Below, piece by piece: positions 8,022 through 17,394 of a stretch of 44,697 nt of DNA. How positions within the stretch are numbered: the stretch's first letter is position 1; each line of letters starts with the position of its first letter. Origin of the DNA: a virus. Its lineage: Duplodnaviria > Caudoviricetes. The DNA lies in IMG/VR virus record IMGVR_UViG_3300038675_000499, positions 1-44,697 of that record; one strand, 5' to 3'. The notes under the pieces are model-generated. The model did no database searches. It worked only from the letters and a program-made list of their open reading frames with translations, and had not been told where the DNA came from. A program made the position numbers and the translations under genes.

Positions 8022-9792
8022 GCCGGCGCCCAGGAAACCAACTGAGCCCAAGGACACCACAGGAGCGACACGATATGCAGTCGAGGTACTGGCAGGTCGG
8101 ATCCTCGTTGGAAACCCGGTCAAACTGGCCTGCGCCCGGCATCTCAGCGACATCAAGAACCAGAAGCGCACCGGTCTGCAGTGGCGGCCCGAGGCTGCGC
8201 AGCGTGCCGTCGATTTCATTGAGCAGTTCTGCACCGTCGAGGTTAAGAACGAAGTAGTGCCATTCAAACTGTTGCTATTTCAGGCATTTATCGTCGGCTC
8301 CCTTTTTGGTTGGTTCAATCCCGACGATAGCCGGCGCTTCCGTAACGCCTATATCGAGGAGGCCAAGGGTAATGGGAAAACGCCGATCGCCGCGGCGATC
8401 GCGCTGTACGGCCTGATCGCCGACGGCCAGGTCAGCCCTGAGATCTACTTCGCGGCCGTCACCAGGGAGCAGGCGAATATCGGATTCAGGGACGCCAAGG
8501 CCATGGCGGAGCGCTCTGAGGAGATCAAAAGCCTCCTCGACATCCGGGAGGCGGCGCTTCTGTTCCCGGAGCGGAACGGCGTGCTGCGGGCCGTCTCGTC
8601 TGAGCACCGCGGCCTGGACGGGAAGCGGCCGCACATCGTGATCGTCGACGAGCTGCACGAGCACCCCACGGGCCTGGTCGTCGACAAAATGCGCGCCGGC
8701 ACCAAAAACCGCACCAACGCCATGATCATCCGGATCACCAACTCCGGATCCGATCTGGAGTCGGTCTGCTGGCATGAGCACGAGTACAGCATGTCGGTCC
8801 TCGAGGGTAAAGTGAAGGACCCCAGCTGGTTCGGCTACATCTGTTCCCTGGACAAGGGCGATGAATGGACCGACCCCGCCTGCTGGGAAAAGACGAACCC
8901 GGGCCTGGGCACCATCCTGCCGCGAGCTTACCTGACCGAACAGGTGCGGGAAGCCCAGGGCATGCCCAGCAAGCAGAACATTGTCAAGCGGCTGAATTTT
9001 TGTATCTGGACCCAGCAGCACACGTTATGGATTCCGATCGAGCAGTGGGAGCGCTGCAAGGAGAAATTCGACCAGGCCGAGCTCGAGGGTGAGCCCTGCT
9101 GGGTGGGTCTGGATCTGTCGGACAAGCTGGACTTATCGACCGCCGTGTTCGTGTTCAAGTACCCGATCGAGCAGGAAATCGCCGTAAAAGTCGGGCACCG
9201 GGACGAAATCAATCCCCACGAGGAGGTGGAGGCCCAGGTCAATATCGATTTCGGGATCGATATCCTACCGTTCTTCTTTATCCCGGAAGAGACGATGCAC
9301 CAGCGCGAGAAAGAGGACCGCGTCCCCTACAGCGACTGGGAGCGCAATGGGTTCGTGATCGCCACCCCGGGGCAGATTATCGACTACGGGTACATCTACC
9401 GCACCGTGCTCGCCATGTCGAAGCGGTTTTCCATCCAGCAGATCGGGTATGACCCCCGCGGCGCCACCCAGTTGGCCATCCAGCTCGGCGAGGCCGGCTT
9501 CGAAATGGTGGAGCTGACCCAGGGATTCAACAACATGTCGGAGCCAGCCCAGATCTTCGAGGCCCTGGTCGCCGCCGGCCGGGTCCGCCACAACGGGCAC
9601 CCGGTCATGACCTGGAACGTCCAGAACTCCGCGGTGAAGCACTCCAAGGACAACCGCATGATCATCCCGTACAAGAGCCATGCGCGGAAACGAATCGATG
9701 GTGTGACCGGCGTCTGCATGGCACTCGGTCGGGCCATGGTAGCCAAGTCAACGGGTTCGGTCTACGAGTCCAGGGGGATTCTGCGATTATGA
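7972..9792 (+). CDS. terL: Terminase large subunit (HK97-type)
   Basis: Walker A KGNGKT, Walker B IVIVDELH, nuclease motifs GLDLS...D and RIDG. Confidence 0.96.
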   Translation: MVAKKPVKKASGRSSGKPAPRKPTEPKDTTGATRYAVEVLAGRILVGNPVKLACARHLSDIKNQKRTGLQWRPEAAQRAVDFIEQFCTVEVKNEVVPFKLLLFQAFIVGSLFGWFNPDDSRRFRNAYIEEAKGNGKTPIAAAIALYGLIADGQVSPEIYFAAVTREQANIGFRDAKAMAERSEEIKSLLDIREAALLFPERNGVLRAVSSEHRGLDGKRPHIVIVDELHEHPTGLVVDKMRAGTKNRTNAMIIRITNSGSDLESVCWHEHEYSMSVLEGKVKDPSWFGYICSLDKGDEWTDPACWEKTNPGLGTILPRAYLTEQVREAQGMPSKQNIVKRLNFCIWTQQHTLWIPIEQWERCKEKFDQAELEGEPCWVGLDLSDKLDLSTAVFVFKYPIEQEIAVKVGHRDEINPHEEVEAQVNIDFGIDILPFFFIPEETMHQREKEDRVPYSDWERNGFVIATPGQIIDYGYIYRTVLAMSKRFSIQQIGYDPRGATQLAIQLGEAGFEMVELTQGFNNMSEPAQIFEALVAAGRVRHNGHPVMTWNVQNSAVKHSKDNRMIIPYKSHARKRIDGVTGVCMALGRAMVAKSTGSVYESRGILRL

Positions 9793-11474
9793 TCTTCACA
9801 CTGCCGAGCGCATTCGTCAGGGCCTGGAACGTAGCCCGCGTGATGTTGGCCAACCCCTCCCGCTCTGGCGCCCTGCTGATCCCGATGCGCCATGCCGGCC
9901 AGGTGGTGGACAGCGACACCGCCATGACGGTGAGCGGCTACTGGCGGGCCGTGAACTACATCTCGGGCCAGATCGCCGGGCTGCCGTGGAACGTGATTCA
10001 GGAGAGCAACGACCGCACCACGGTCCTCCGCAATCACCCCGTCGCTCGGGTGCTCCGCCGGCCGAGCGAGGAGGCGGGGAAGTTCACATGGCTCGAGACG
10101 ATGATTGCCTGGGCCTTGACCTGGGGGAACGCCTACGCCGAGATCGAGCGGGACCAGGGCGACCGCCCGCATGCGATGCACCTGGTGTCGCCCGATCGGG
10201 CGGAAGTGAAGCGCGGATCCATCGTGAATGGGGTATTCCAGGAGAATGCGGCCGGGAAGATCCACTACAAGTTCACCAACCGCGGCGGCGAGGCAACGAT
10301 CATGCCAGCCCGGGACGTGTTCCACTTGCACGGGCTGGGTTTCGATGGGCTCGTTGGTTACTCCGTGATCAACATCGCCGCCCGCAGCCTCGGGATTACT
10401 CTCGCGGTGGAGAGCTACCAGGAGGATTTCTTCGGAAACGGCCTGGTTGGGACCGGGTACCTGGCCCACCCGGGAACCCTCAAAGAGCAGGCACACAAGA
10501 ACCTGAAAAAGGACGTAGAGGAGAAGTCCCGGCCCGGTCAGAAGTTCCGGCCGCTGATCCTCGAGGAGGGGATGGAGTGGAAGGATATGGGCCTCCCCTC
10601 CGACGATGCGCAGCTGCTGGAGACCCGGAAGCTGCAGATCTCGGATCTGGCGCGCTGGTTTGGGCTCCCGCCCCATAAACTGGCTGACCTCGAGCGCGCC
10701 ACGTTCTCCAACATCGAGAGCCAGAGCACGGAGGTGGTCAACGACTGCTTCATGCCCTGGATCCACAGGATCGAGGAGGAAGCGAACTTCAAGCTGCTGA
10801 ACCAGCGCGAGTTGGGGGTCCGCACGAAGCTCAACGTCCGGGGCCTGCTGCGTGGCGATGCGGCCAGCCGGGCAGCCTACTACCAGGTCATGACCCAGAT
10901 CGGCGCCTATTCGGTCAACCAGGTCCTGCGCCTCGAGGATATGGACCCTATCGGGCCCGAGGGCGACGAGCGCCTGGTGCAGCTCAACCAGACGACGCTG
11001 AAGCGCCTGGTCGAGGGCCCGCCGGCGCCGAAGGCGATCGAGGACCCCGATGACCCGGCGGAGCCCTACATTCCCACGGCCAGCTACCAGATCCTTTTCC
11101 AGGACGCATTCCGGCGGATCATGCGGCGGGAAGCGGGGCGATTCGAGCAGAACCGCCACAAATTCACCTCTCCGGAGGCGTTTGCCGGGTGGCTGGAGGA
11201 GTTCAAGGGCCAGCACGGAGAGTACGTATCCGAGACCCTGCGACCGGTCGTGATGAGCCTGGCGGCACAGTTCCCCGCCGGCGCGATGGCCGGGACCAGG
11301 CTGCAGATCCAGCTCCGCAAGATCTCCTCGGCGCACCTGGAGATGTGCACCACCTGGCTGCACGGGCTGTTCAACGAGGCCGGAGATTACGACATCGAGC
11401 GGAAATCACGGGAATCCGCGATGGATGCCCTCGACCGGCTGGTCACAGCCGTAACCATGGAGACCACGCGATGA
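9789..11474 (+). CDS. Portal protein (HK97 family) with C-terminal extension
   Basis: LTWGNAYA, FHLHGLGFDGLVGYS, ILEEGM, ATFSNIE, LLRGD motifs. Confidence 0.95.
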   Translation: MIFTLPSAFVRAWNVARVMLANPSRSGALLIPMRHAGQVVDSDTAMTVSGYWRAVNYISGQIAGLPWNVIQESNDRTTVLRNHPVARVLRRPSEEAGKFTWLETMIAWALTWGNAYAEIERDQGDRPHAMHLVSPDRAEVKRGSIVNGVFQENAAGKIHYKFTNRGGEATIMPARDVFHLHGLGFDGLVGYSVINIAARSLGITLAVESYQEDFFGNGLVGTGYLAHPGTLKEQAHKNLKKDVEEKSRPGQKFRPLILEEGMEWKDMGLPSDDAQLLETRKLQISDLARWFGLPPHKLADLERATFSNIESQSTEVVNDCFMPWIHRIEEEANFKLLNQRELGVRTKLNVRGLLRGDAASRAAYYQVMTQIGAYSVNQVLRLEDMDPIGPEGDERLVQLNQTTLKRLVEGPPAPKAIEDPDDPAEPYIPTASYQILFQDAFRRIMRREAGRFEQNRHKFTSPEAFAGWLEEFKGQHGEYVSETLRPVVMSLAAQFPAGAMAGTRLQIQLRKISSAHLEMCTTWLHGLFNEAGDYDIERKSRESAMDALDRLVTAVTMETTR

Positions 11475-12157
11475 GAACCTACTCGATGCAGGCGAAGGGG
11501 AACAAGAAGGCCACGATCACGATTTACACCGAAATCGGCGGCTACTGGGACGGAATCAGCGCGAACCAGTTCGCCAAGGATCTGAAGGCCCTGGGCGACA
11601 TCGACGAGATCAACCTGAGGATTTCATCCCCTGGCGGTGAGGTTTTCGACGGCCAAACGATCTACACCGTCCTGAAAAGCCACAAAGCGCGCGTGATCGT
11701 GGACATCGACGGCCTGGCCGCATCGATCGCCTCCGTGATCGCCATGGCCGGCGACGAGATCAGGATGGCCGACAACGCGCTGATGATGATCCACAACGCC
11801 TGGGGATACGGCGTCGGCACCGCCGAGGACCTGCGCTCCACAGCCGACGTGCTCGAGAAGGTGAATGGGACGATTATCGGCACATACGTCAAGCGCACGG
11901 GCAAGGAGGCGGCGGAAATCGTGGAAATGATGGACGCCGAGACCTGGATGAGTGCGGCCGAGGCCAAGGAACACGGATTCATCGACTCGATCACGGACGC
12001 CCTGGAAATGGCGGCCTCCTTCGATCTGTCGAAGTTCCGGTACCGGAACACGCCGAAAGCCGTGGTCCAGCAGAATCTTGACCACCGCGTGCGCCTGGCT
12101 CACATGAGCCTCGCTGCGCAGAAGATCCGGACTGCCAGCAGTCCAAAGCAGGGATAG
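11471..12157 (+). CDS. ClpP-type prohead protease
   Basis: ISSPGGEVFDG, IDGLAASIASVIAMAG, MMIHN, ETWMSAAEA...GFID. Confidence 0.95.
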   Translation: MRTYSMQAKGNKKATITIYTEIGGYWDGISANQFAKDLKALGDIDEINLRISSPGGEVFDGQTIYTVLKSHKARVIVDIDGLAASIASVIAMAGDEIRMADNALMMIHNAWGYGVGTAEDLRSTADVLEKVNGTIIGTYVKRTGKEAAEIVEMMDAETWMSAAEAKEHGFIDSITDALEMAASFDLSKFRYRNTPKAVVQQNLDHRVRLAHMSLAAQKIRTASSPKQG

Positions 12158-12194
12158 GGAGCCAGCTCCTTACAAACGAAGTCCGAAATCAACC

Positions 12195-12225
12195 AAAGCT
12201 CGCCCATCGGCGGGCTTTTTTATTT
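12195..12225 (+). terminator. Intrinsic terminator-like hairpin upstream of the capsid gene
   Basis: aaagctcgcc-catc-ggcgggcttt followed by a T-tract. Confidence 0.65.
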
Positions 12226-12239
12226 GGAAAGGGACGCAA

Positions 12240-13829
12240 ATGAACATTCATCCCAGAGACCGCAGGAAGCTCTTCGCGGTCAACTTTGGCAGGACCTACG
12301 TGAAATCGGCTCCGCTGGCAGCGCCGTCGCTGGCGCTGGGATTGGCTCTCCCCTGCCTGCTCTGCATTTTCGCGCTGACGGCGATGGGGACCGACTCCTC
12401 GGGCACGGTGCTGGCGGCGATGCCGCTGATTTTCGCCTTCCCGGCGGTCGTGGACGCCAAGATCCAGGAGCTGCGCGACGAACTGCTCGATCTCAACTCC
12501 CGGGCCCAGACTATCCAGGCCACGGCCGACGCCGAGAAGCGCGCGCTGACCGAGGATGAGCAGAAGGAGCTGGACGCTCTGTTCGCCAAGTTCGGCACGA
12601 TCGAGGAGGAGATCGAGCGCCGGGAGCGCATCAGCGCCCAGACGGCCCGACTGCTCGAGGGGCAGGGCCGGAGGGTGGAGCCCCAGGCTCCCGTGGATCC
12701 GCCCCAGAACTCCGGCGAGCCGGCGCGGCCGCGGCCCCAGGCCCGGCCCGTGATTCAGGTGCTCGAGGATCGTGGGAAGTGGGGATTTAAACACCTGGGC
12801 GATTTCGCTATGGCGGTGCGGCATGCCTCCGCCAAGGTAGCGAACCTCGATCCTCGTCTCGTGGCCAACGCGCCCACCAGCGTGAGCCAGGAGGCTGTCG
12901 GCGCTGACGGTGGATACCTGGTGCCGCCGGAGTTCCGGACCGAAATCTGGAGCAAGGTGGCAGGGGAAGACACGCTGTTCGGGATGACGGACCAGTATCC
13001 GACCGCGCGAAATTCCATGGTGTTCCCGTCTGATGAGAACACCCCGTGGGATACCAGTAATGGCGTCCAAGCCTATTGGGAGGGCGAGAAAGGGCAGCGC
13101 AGCCAGAGCAAAGTCGATCTCCAGGAAAAGTCGCTGCGCCTGAATAAACTGACCTCCCTTATCCCTGTGAGCGAGGAACTGCTCGAGGATGCGGTCGCCA
13201 TCGATGGTTACCTCCGTCGCAAGGTGGCGGAAAAGTTTGATTTCAAGCTGAATCTGGGCATCGTTCAGGGTACCGGCGCCGGTGAGCCGCTCGGCATTCT
13301 GAATGCGGCCTCTATCGTGAGCGTTCAGAAGGAATCCGACCAGTCGGCCGACTCCATCCTGGTAGAAAACATCGACAAGATGTGGAGCCGTATGTATGCC
13401 AAGCTGCGCCCGAACGCAGTGTGGCTCGCCAACCAGGACGTCGAGGCGCAGCTTCCCGGCATGATGCGCTATGTCAGGGACACCAGCGGTGCGATCGTGG
13501 GGGGGACCCCTGCCTACATGCCCCCGGGTGGAATCTCCGGACAGCCCTACGGGACCCTCTACGGTCGGCCCATCATCCCCACCCAGGCGTGCGAGACCCT
13601 CGGGGATAAGGGCGACATCATCCTGGTCGACCTCAAGCAGTACCAGACGCTGTACAAGACCGGAGGGATGAAGACCGACGTCTCCATGCACCTCTGGTTC
13701 GACTACGACGTCGCCGCCTACAAGTTCACGCTCCGCGTCACCGGTCGCCCTTGGTGGGCTGCCGCGGCCAGCTCGCGCGACGGCAGCAACACCCTGTCCT
13801 GGGCCGTCACCCTGGACGAGCGCTCCTAA
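12240..13829 (+). CDS. Major capsid protein (HK97 fold)
   Basis: Coiled-coil delta domain, DGGYLVPPEF, SEELLEDA, GTGAGEPLGILN, TLYGRPI. Confidence 0.95.
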   Translation: MNIHPRDRRKLFAVNFGRTYVKSAPLAAPSLALGLALPCLLCIFALTAMGTDSSGTVLAAMPLIFAFPAVVDAKIQELRDELLDLNSRAQTIQATADAEKRALTEDEQKELDALFAKFGTIEEEIERRERISAQTARLLEGQGRRVEPQAPVDPPQNSGEPARPRPQARPVIQVLEDRGKWGFKHLGDFAMAVRHASAKVANLDPRLVANAPTSVSQEAVGADGGYLVPPEFRTEIWSKVAGEDTLFGMTDQYPTARNSMVFPSDENTPWDTSNGVQAYWEGEKGQRSQSKVDLQEKSLRLNKLTSLIPVSEELLEDAVAIDGYLRRKVAEKFDFKLNLGIVQGTGAGEPLGILNAASIVSVQKESDQSADSILVENIDKMWSRMYAKLRPNAVWLANQDVEAQLPGMMRYVRDTSGAIVGGTPAYMPPGGISGQPYGTLYGRPIIPTQACETLGDKGDIILVDLKQYQTLYKTGGMKTDVSMHLWFDYDVAAYKFTLRVTGRPWWAAAASSRDGSNTLSWAVTLDERS

Positions 13830-13849
13830 CAACGGATCAATCGATAACC

Positions 13850-13882
13850 GGCCCGGCGCTTGAAACGCCGGGCCCTTTTATT
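13850..13882 (+). terminator. Intrinsic terminator-like hairpin after the capsid gene
   Basis: ggcccggcg...cgccgggcc followed by cttttatt. Confidence 0.65.
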
Positions 13883-13893
13883 GGAGAAGCATC

Positions 13894-14349
13894 ATGAATC
13901 GTATGTTTTCTGAGGATTGGGGCGTCATCGGAACGATTGATCCGCAGACCCTGGCAGATACCGAGGTGTTCTCGGATGTGATCGATATGTCCAAGTTCGA
14001 ACAGGTGGCGTGCATCTTCCTGACTGGCGACATGAACGCCTCGACCGGTTCCCTGGTGGCCCGGGCGGTCACCTGCGACTCGGCCGGCAACAACGCCGCC
14101 GCGCTGAAAACCGCTGCCACGATCGCCGCGGCCGCGAATGCCAGCGACAACAAACAGGTTGTAATCGAGGTCGCCAACGAGGATCTGGCCGGCGGCGCCG
14201 CCAATGCGGACCGCTACGTCAAATTCGGTGCGGTGTCCGGTTCTACCGGAGGCGCAGCCGCTGCCGTCGTGCTCGGCAAAGCGTTCCACCGTCCGTCCTC
14301 CAACCACGATCTGGCCACGGTGGCTGAGATCGAGATCGACAAGGATTAG
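13894..14349 (+). CDS. Putative capsid decoration/cement protein
   Basis: Follows the capsid gene; beta-rich, with SDVIDMSKFE...DRYV pattern. Confidence 0.6.
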   Translation: MNRMFSEDWGVIGTIDPQTLADTEVFSDVIDMSKFEQVACIFLTGDMNASTGSLVARAVTCDSAGNNAAALKTAATIAAAANASDNKQVVIEVANEDLAGGAANADRYVKFGAVSGSTGGAAAAVVLGKAFHRPSSNHDLATVAEIEIDKD

Positions 14350-14352
14350 GCG

Positions 14353-15480
14353 ATGGCCACGGTCATGGTCATTTTCACCGCGACCTACACCGTTAAGTCT
14401 GCGGGCGGGCCCACGTACCAGAAGGGGTCCGTCCGCAGCATGGCGGAGGCGTCGGCCCGGCATTATATCAACCGCGGGGTGGCGCGCTTGGCGAATCCGG
14501 GCGATATCCAGGCAGCCAACGCAATCACCACCACAGCGGAGCCCCCGGCACCGCCTGCGCCGCCGAATCCCGCACCGGTGGCTGTCATCGATGGCACCCC
14601 GGCCAGGACCCTCACGTGCGACGTGGACCTCCGCGGGATCATGGACGAGGTCCGCAGGGTCGAGGGGGTCGAGGCTCCGGCGGCGATGGACGCCGAATCG
14701 GCCACCGATGATCCGGATCCGGGTCTGCCAGACAACCAAGTCGATGTCGCAGCCATCCCGGGTCTCTCCTCCGAAAAGATCGATGTTCAGTGTGATCCGC
14801 CGCAGCCGCTCGTCACCTGCATCATGCCGACCTGGAACCGCGGGAAGTTCGTTCCGGCGGCGATCGCCTGCTGGATGGAGCAGACCTACCAGAACAAGGA
14901 GCTGCTGATTATCGACGACGGCGACGAACCGGTCCGGAAGCTGGTGCCGAAGGTGCCTGGGATCCGGTACGTCCGCCTGAAGGAGAAGCTCACCACCGGA
15001 GCCAAGCGCAACCGCTGCTGCGAGCTGGCCAAAGGGGAGATCATCTGCCACTTCGACGATGACGACTGGTCCGCCCCCGACCGCATCGCCGACCAGGTCG
15101 CCCGCCTGCAGGAGACCGGGCTGCCCATGACCGGGTACTCCACGCTCTTTCTGTGGGACCGCGTCCACAACGAGGCGCGGCGCTTTGTCGGCGCCACGAA
15201 GGGATACATCTGCGGCACCACCATGTGCTACCTGAAAGCGTTCTGGCAGGATCATCCGTTCCCGAACAAGCAGATGTCGAGCGACAACGACGTGGTATAC
15301 CCGGCCGCCAGGGCGAACCAGGTGGCTTTCTCCCATAACGCCACCCACGTGGTCGCCCGGATCCACGACTGCCACCACACCAGCCCGAAGAACGGGGTGG
15401 GCAAGGCCGTGGCGCGGTCCGTGATCCCGGCCGGGTTCTGGGACAACGAGGCCCTCATCACGCCCGAGGCAGCCAAATGA
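14353..15480 (+). CDS. GT2 (GT-A) glycosyltransferase with a small N-terminal domain and Pro/Ala/acidic linker
   Basis: PLVTCIMPTWNR...ELLIIDDG...GAKRN...GEIICHFDDDDW. Confidence 0.9.
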   Translation: MATVMVIFTATYTVKSAGGPTYQKGSVRSMAEASARHYINRGVARLANPGDIQAANAITTTAEPPAPPAPPNPAPVAVIDGTPARTLTCDVDLRGIMDEVRRVEGVEAPAAMDAESATDDPDPGLPDNQVDVAAIPGLSSEKIDVQCDPPQPLVTCIMPTWNRGKFVPAAIACWMEQTYQNKELLIIDDGDEPVRKLVPKVPGIRYVRLKEKLTTGAKRNRCCELAKGEIICHFDDDDWSAPDRIADQVARLQETGLPMTGYSTLFLWDRVHNEARRFVGATKGYICGTTMCYLKAFWQDHPFPNKQMSSDNDVVYPAARANQVAFSHNATHVVARIHDCHHTSPKNGVGKAVARSVIPAGFWDNEALITPEAAK

Positions 15481-16100
15481 CCCTTAAAATCGTCACCGAG
15501 CCCATCGAGGAGCCGTCCAGCCTCGAGGAGGCGAAGCTCCAACTCAGGATCTCGACATCGCCGCCCACAGCGCATCCTGACGACGCACTGATCGCCATCA
15601 TGGCGAAGGCGGCCAGGCGCTGGTGCGAGGGCTTCCAGGGGCGCGCCTACGTCACCCAGGTCTGGGACCTGTACCTGGACCGCTTCCCGCGCGGGAGATT
15701 CCTTGAAATACCGCTGCCGCCCCTGCAGCACGTCGAGTCCATCACCTACAGGGACTCGGCGGGGACCGATACGGTGGTTTCGCTTCTGGATCCCAGCGGG
15801 GAAGGGCTGCTCGAGACCGACGACTACCTGGTGGACATCGCCAGCGAGCCGGGCCGGCTCATCCTGAAGGACGGGCGGAGCTGGCCATCAACCGGGAATG
15901 ATCCCCATTCGGTCCGGATCCGGTTCTCGGCCGGCTACGGGGACGCCGAGGATGTCCCGGACGATTTCCGGATCGCCATCCTCATGCGCCTGTCCGACAT
16001 GTACGAGAACCGCGGCGACTCGGAGCGGGCCTTCGTGATCGACACGAAAATTGACACCGTAAAGCTGCTCCTGTGGCCCGAGCGGGTGACCCGCATATGA
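15477..16100 (+). CDS. Head-tail connector/adaptor (gp6-like)
   Basis: EPSSLEEAKLQLR...LPPLQHVESITY...VRIRFSAGYG...VPDDFRIAIL...YENR. Confidence 0.9.
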   Translation: MTLKIVTEPIEEPSSLEEAKLQLRISTSPPTAHPDDALIAIMAKAARRWCEGFQGRAYVTQVWDLYLDRFPRGRFLEIPLPPLQHVESITYRDSAGTDTVVSLLDPSGEGLLETDDYLVDIASEPGRLILKDGRSWPSTGNDPHSVRIRFSAGYGDAEDVPDDFRIAILMRLSDMYENRGDSERAFVIDTKIDTVKLLLWPERVTRI

Positions 16101-16789
16101 TCTCCAGCTTCATCACCACACACGACCGCCCTGCTGCCCTGGCGCGCACCCTGCCCCAGGTGAAGGCGCTTGGTGACCCGGTGCTGGTCATCGACGACGC
16201 CAGCACGGAGTGGGAGCGGAACCAGGATATCTGCCGGGACCACGGGGTGCCGTATTTGAGGATCCCGGTCAACCGGGGGCTGGCGGGGGCGATGAATATC
16301 GCATTCTCGTTCTATTTCGCGGACCGCCAGGTGAACTGCATCAGCTACTTCCAGGACGACGTGGACGTGCACCCGCGCTGCCACCAGGTGTTGCGCCGGC
16401 TGATCAACCACGCACCGCTCTACAGCGGCCACGACGCGGCGGAGCACAAGCCGATCGGCTCCGGGCGTCTCCACGGTTACGAGGTGAAGTACAAAACCGC
16501 GATCAGGGCGACCCACATGTTCGCGCCCGTGTCGTTTTGGAAGCTGGTGTTCCCGATCCCGACCAACCAGCTGGGGACTCCGAAGCCGGTGGCGGGTCCG
16601 AATAAACGAGGGACAGGCTCGAACGCCGACTGGTGGGTGGTCCGGGATGCCCCGCGGTCGATCCAGAAGACCAACCAGAAGATCATCGTTGTGCCTGGCC
16701 TGGTGCGGACGTTCTGCTGGCGGGCCGAGGATTCCTGTTGGAATAACGAACAGCGCGGCGGCGAGGACCGGCCGCTGGGAGCGTTCTGA
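16097..16789 (+). CDS. GT2 (GT-A) glycosyltransferase
   Basis: FITTHDRP...VLVIDDAS...NRGLAGAMN...YFQDDV. Confidence 0.8.
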   Translation: MISSFITTHDRPAALARTLPQVKALGDPVLVIDDASTEWERNQDICRDHGVPYLRIPVNRGLAGAMNIAFSFYFADRQVNCISYFQDDVDVHPRCHQVLRRLINHAPLYSGHDAAEHKPIGSGRLHGYEVKYKTAIRATHMFAPVSFWKLVFPIPTNQLGTPKPVAGPNKRGTGSNADWWVVRDAPRSIQKTNQKIIVVPGLVRTFCWRAEDSCWNNEQRGGEDRPLGAF

Positions 16790-17394
16790 TGAAGCTGCAG
16801 GGTAATGGGTACCTGGAATACTGGCGCACCCGCATGGCCCTCGGGCCGGACGAGGCGAGCCTCAACGGTCGCGACGCCGACCGCCAGGGGGATGACATCT
16901 GGGGGATGCTGTCCCCGGCGCTCGAGGGCCTGCGCCCGAGGTCGGTCCTGGATTTCGGCTGCGGCTGGGGGCGGATGCTCAGGAAAATGCACCACATCTG
17001 GCCATGGGCGGAGATGTGCGGGATCGATCTCTGCCAGGAGGCGCTGGACGATATCGCCCAGGAGCGCAACTGGTTCGAATGCGGCAAGCCGGCCCTATAC
17101 CAGGCCATCCCTGACGACCAGTCCCCGGCGGAGCTGATCCTCTGCTGCATGGTGATCCAGCACATTACCGACGACGAGATCCTGCAGCGGACGGCTGACG
17201 AGATTCACCGGGTCCTGAAGCGCCGCGGCCGCCTGGTGTTGTTCGAAAATGTGGCGGCTCCCAGGACGGAACATGTGCGGGACATGGCGGCCGAGGATTA
17301 CATGCAGCTCTGGCCGCGGCTGGCGTGGCGAGAGGAGGGGCGGATGATCCTGGGGGTGCAGGAGCACGCGCTCCTGATCGGGAGGAAACCGTGA
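16789..17394 (+). CDS. Class I SAM-dependent methyltransferase
   Basis: SVLDFGCGWGR motif I, GID motif II, VIQHI, RVLKRRGRLVL. Confidence 0.9.
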   Translation: MKLQGNGYLEYWRTRMALGPDEASLNGRDADRQGDDIWGMLSPALEGLRPRSVLDFGCGWGRMLRKMHHIWPWAEMCGIDLCQEALDDIAQERNWFECGKPALYQAIPDDQSPAELILCCMVIQHITDDEILQRTADEIHRVLKRRGRLVLFENVAAPRTEHVRDMAAEDYMQLWPRLAWREEGRMILGVQEHALLIGRKP

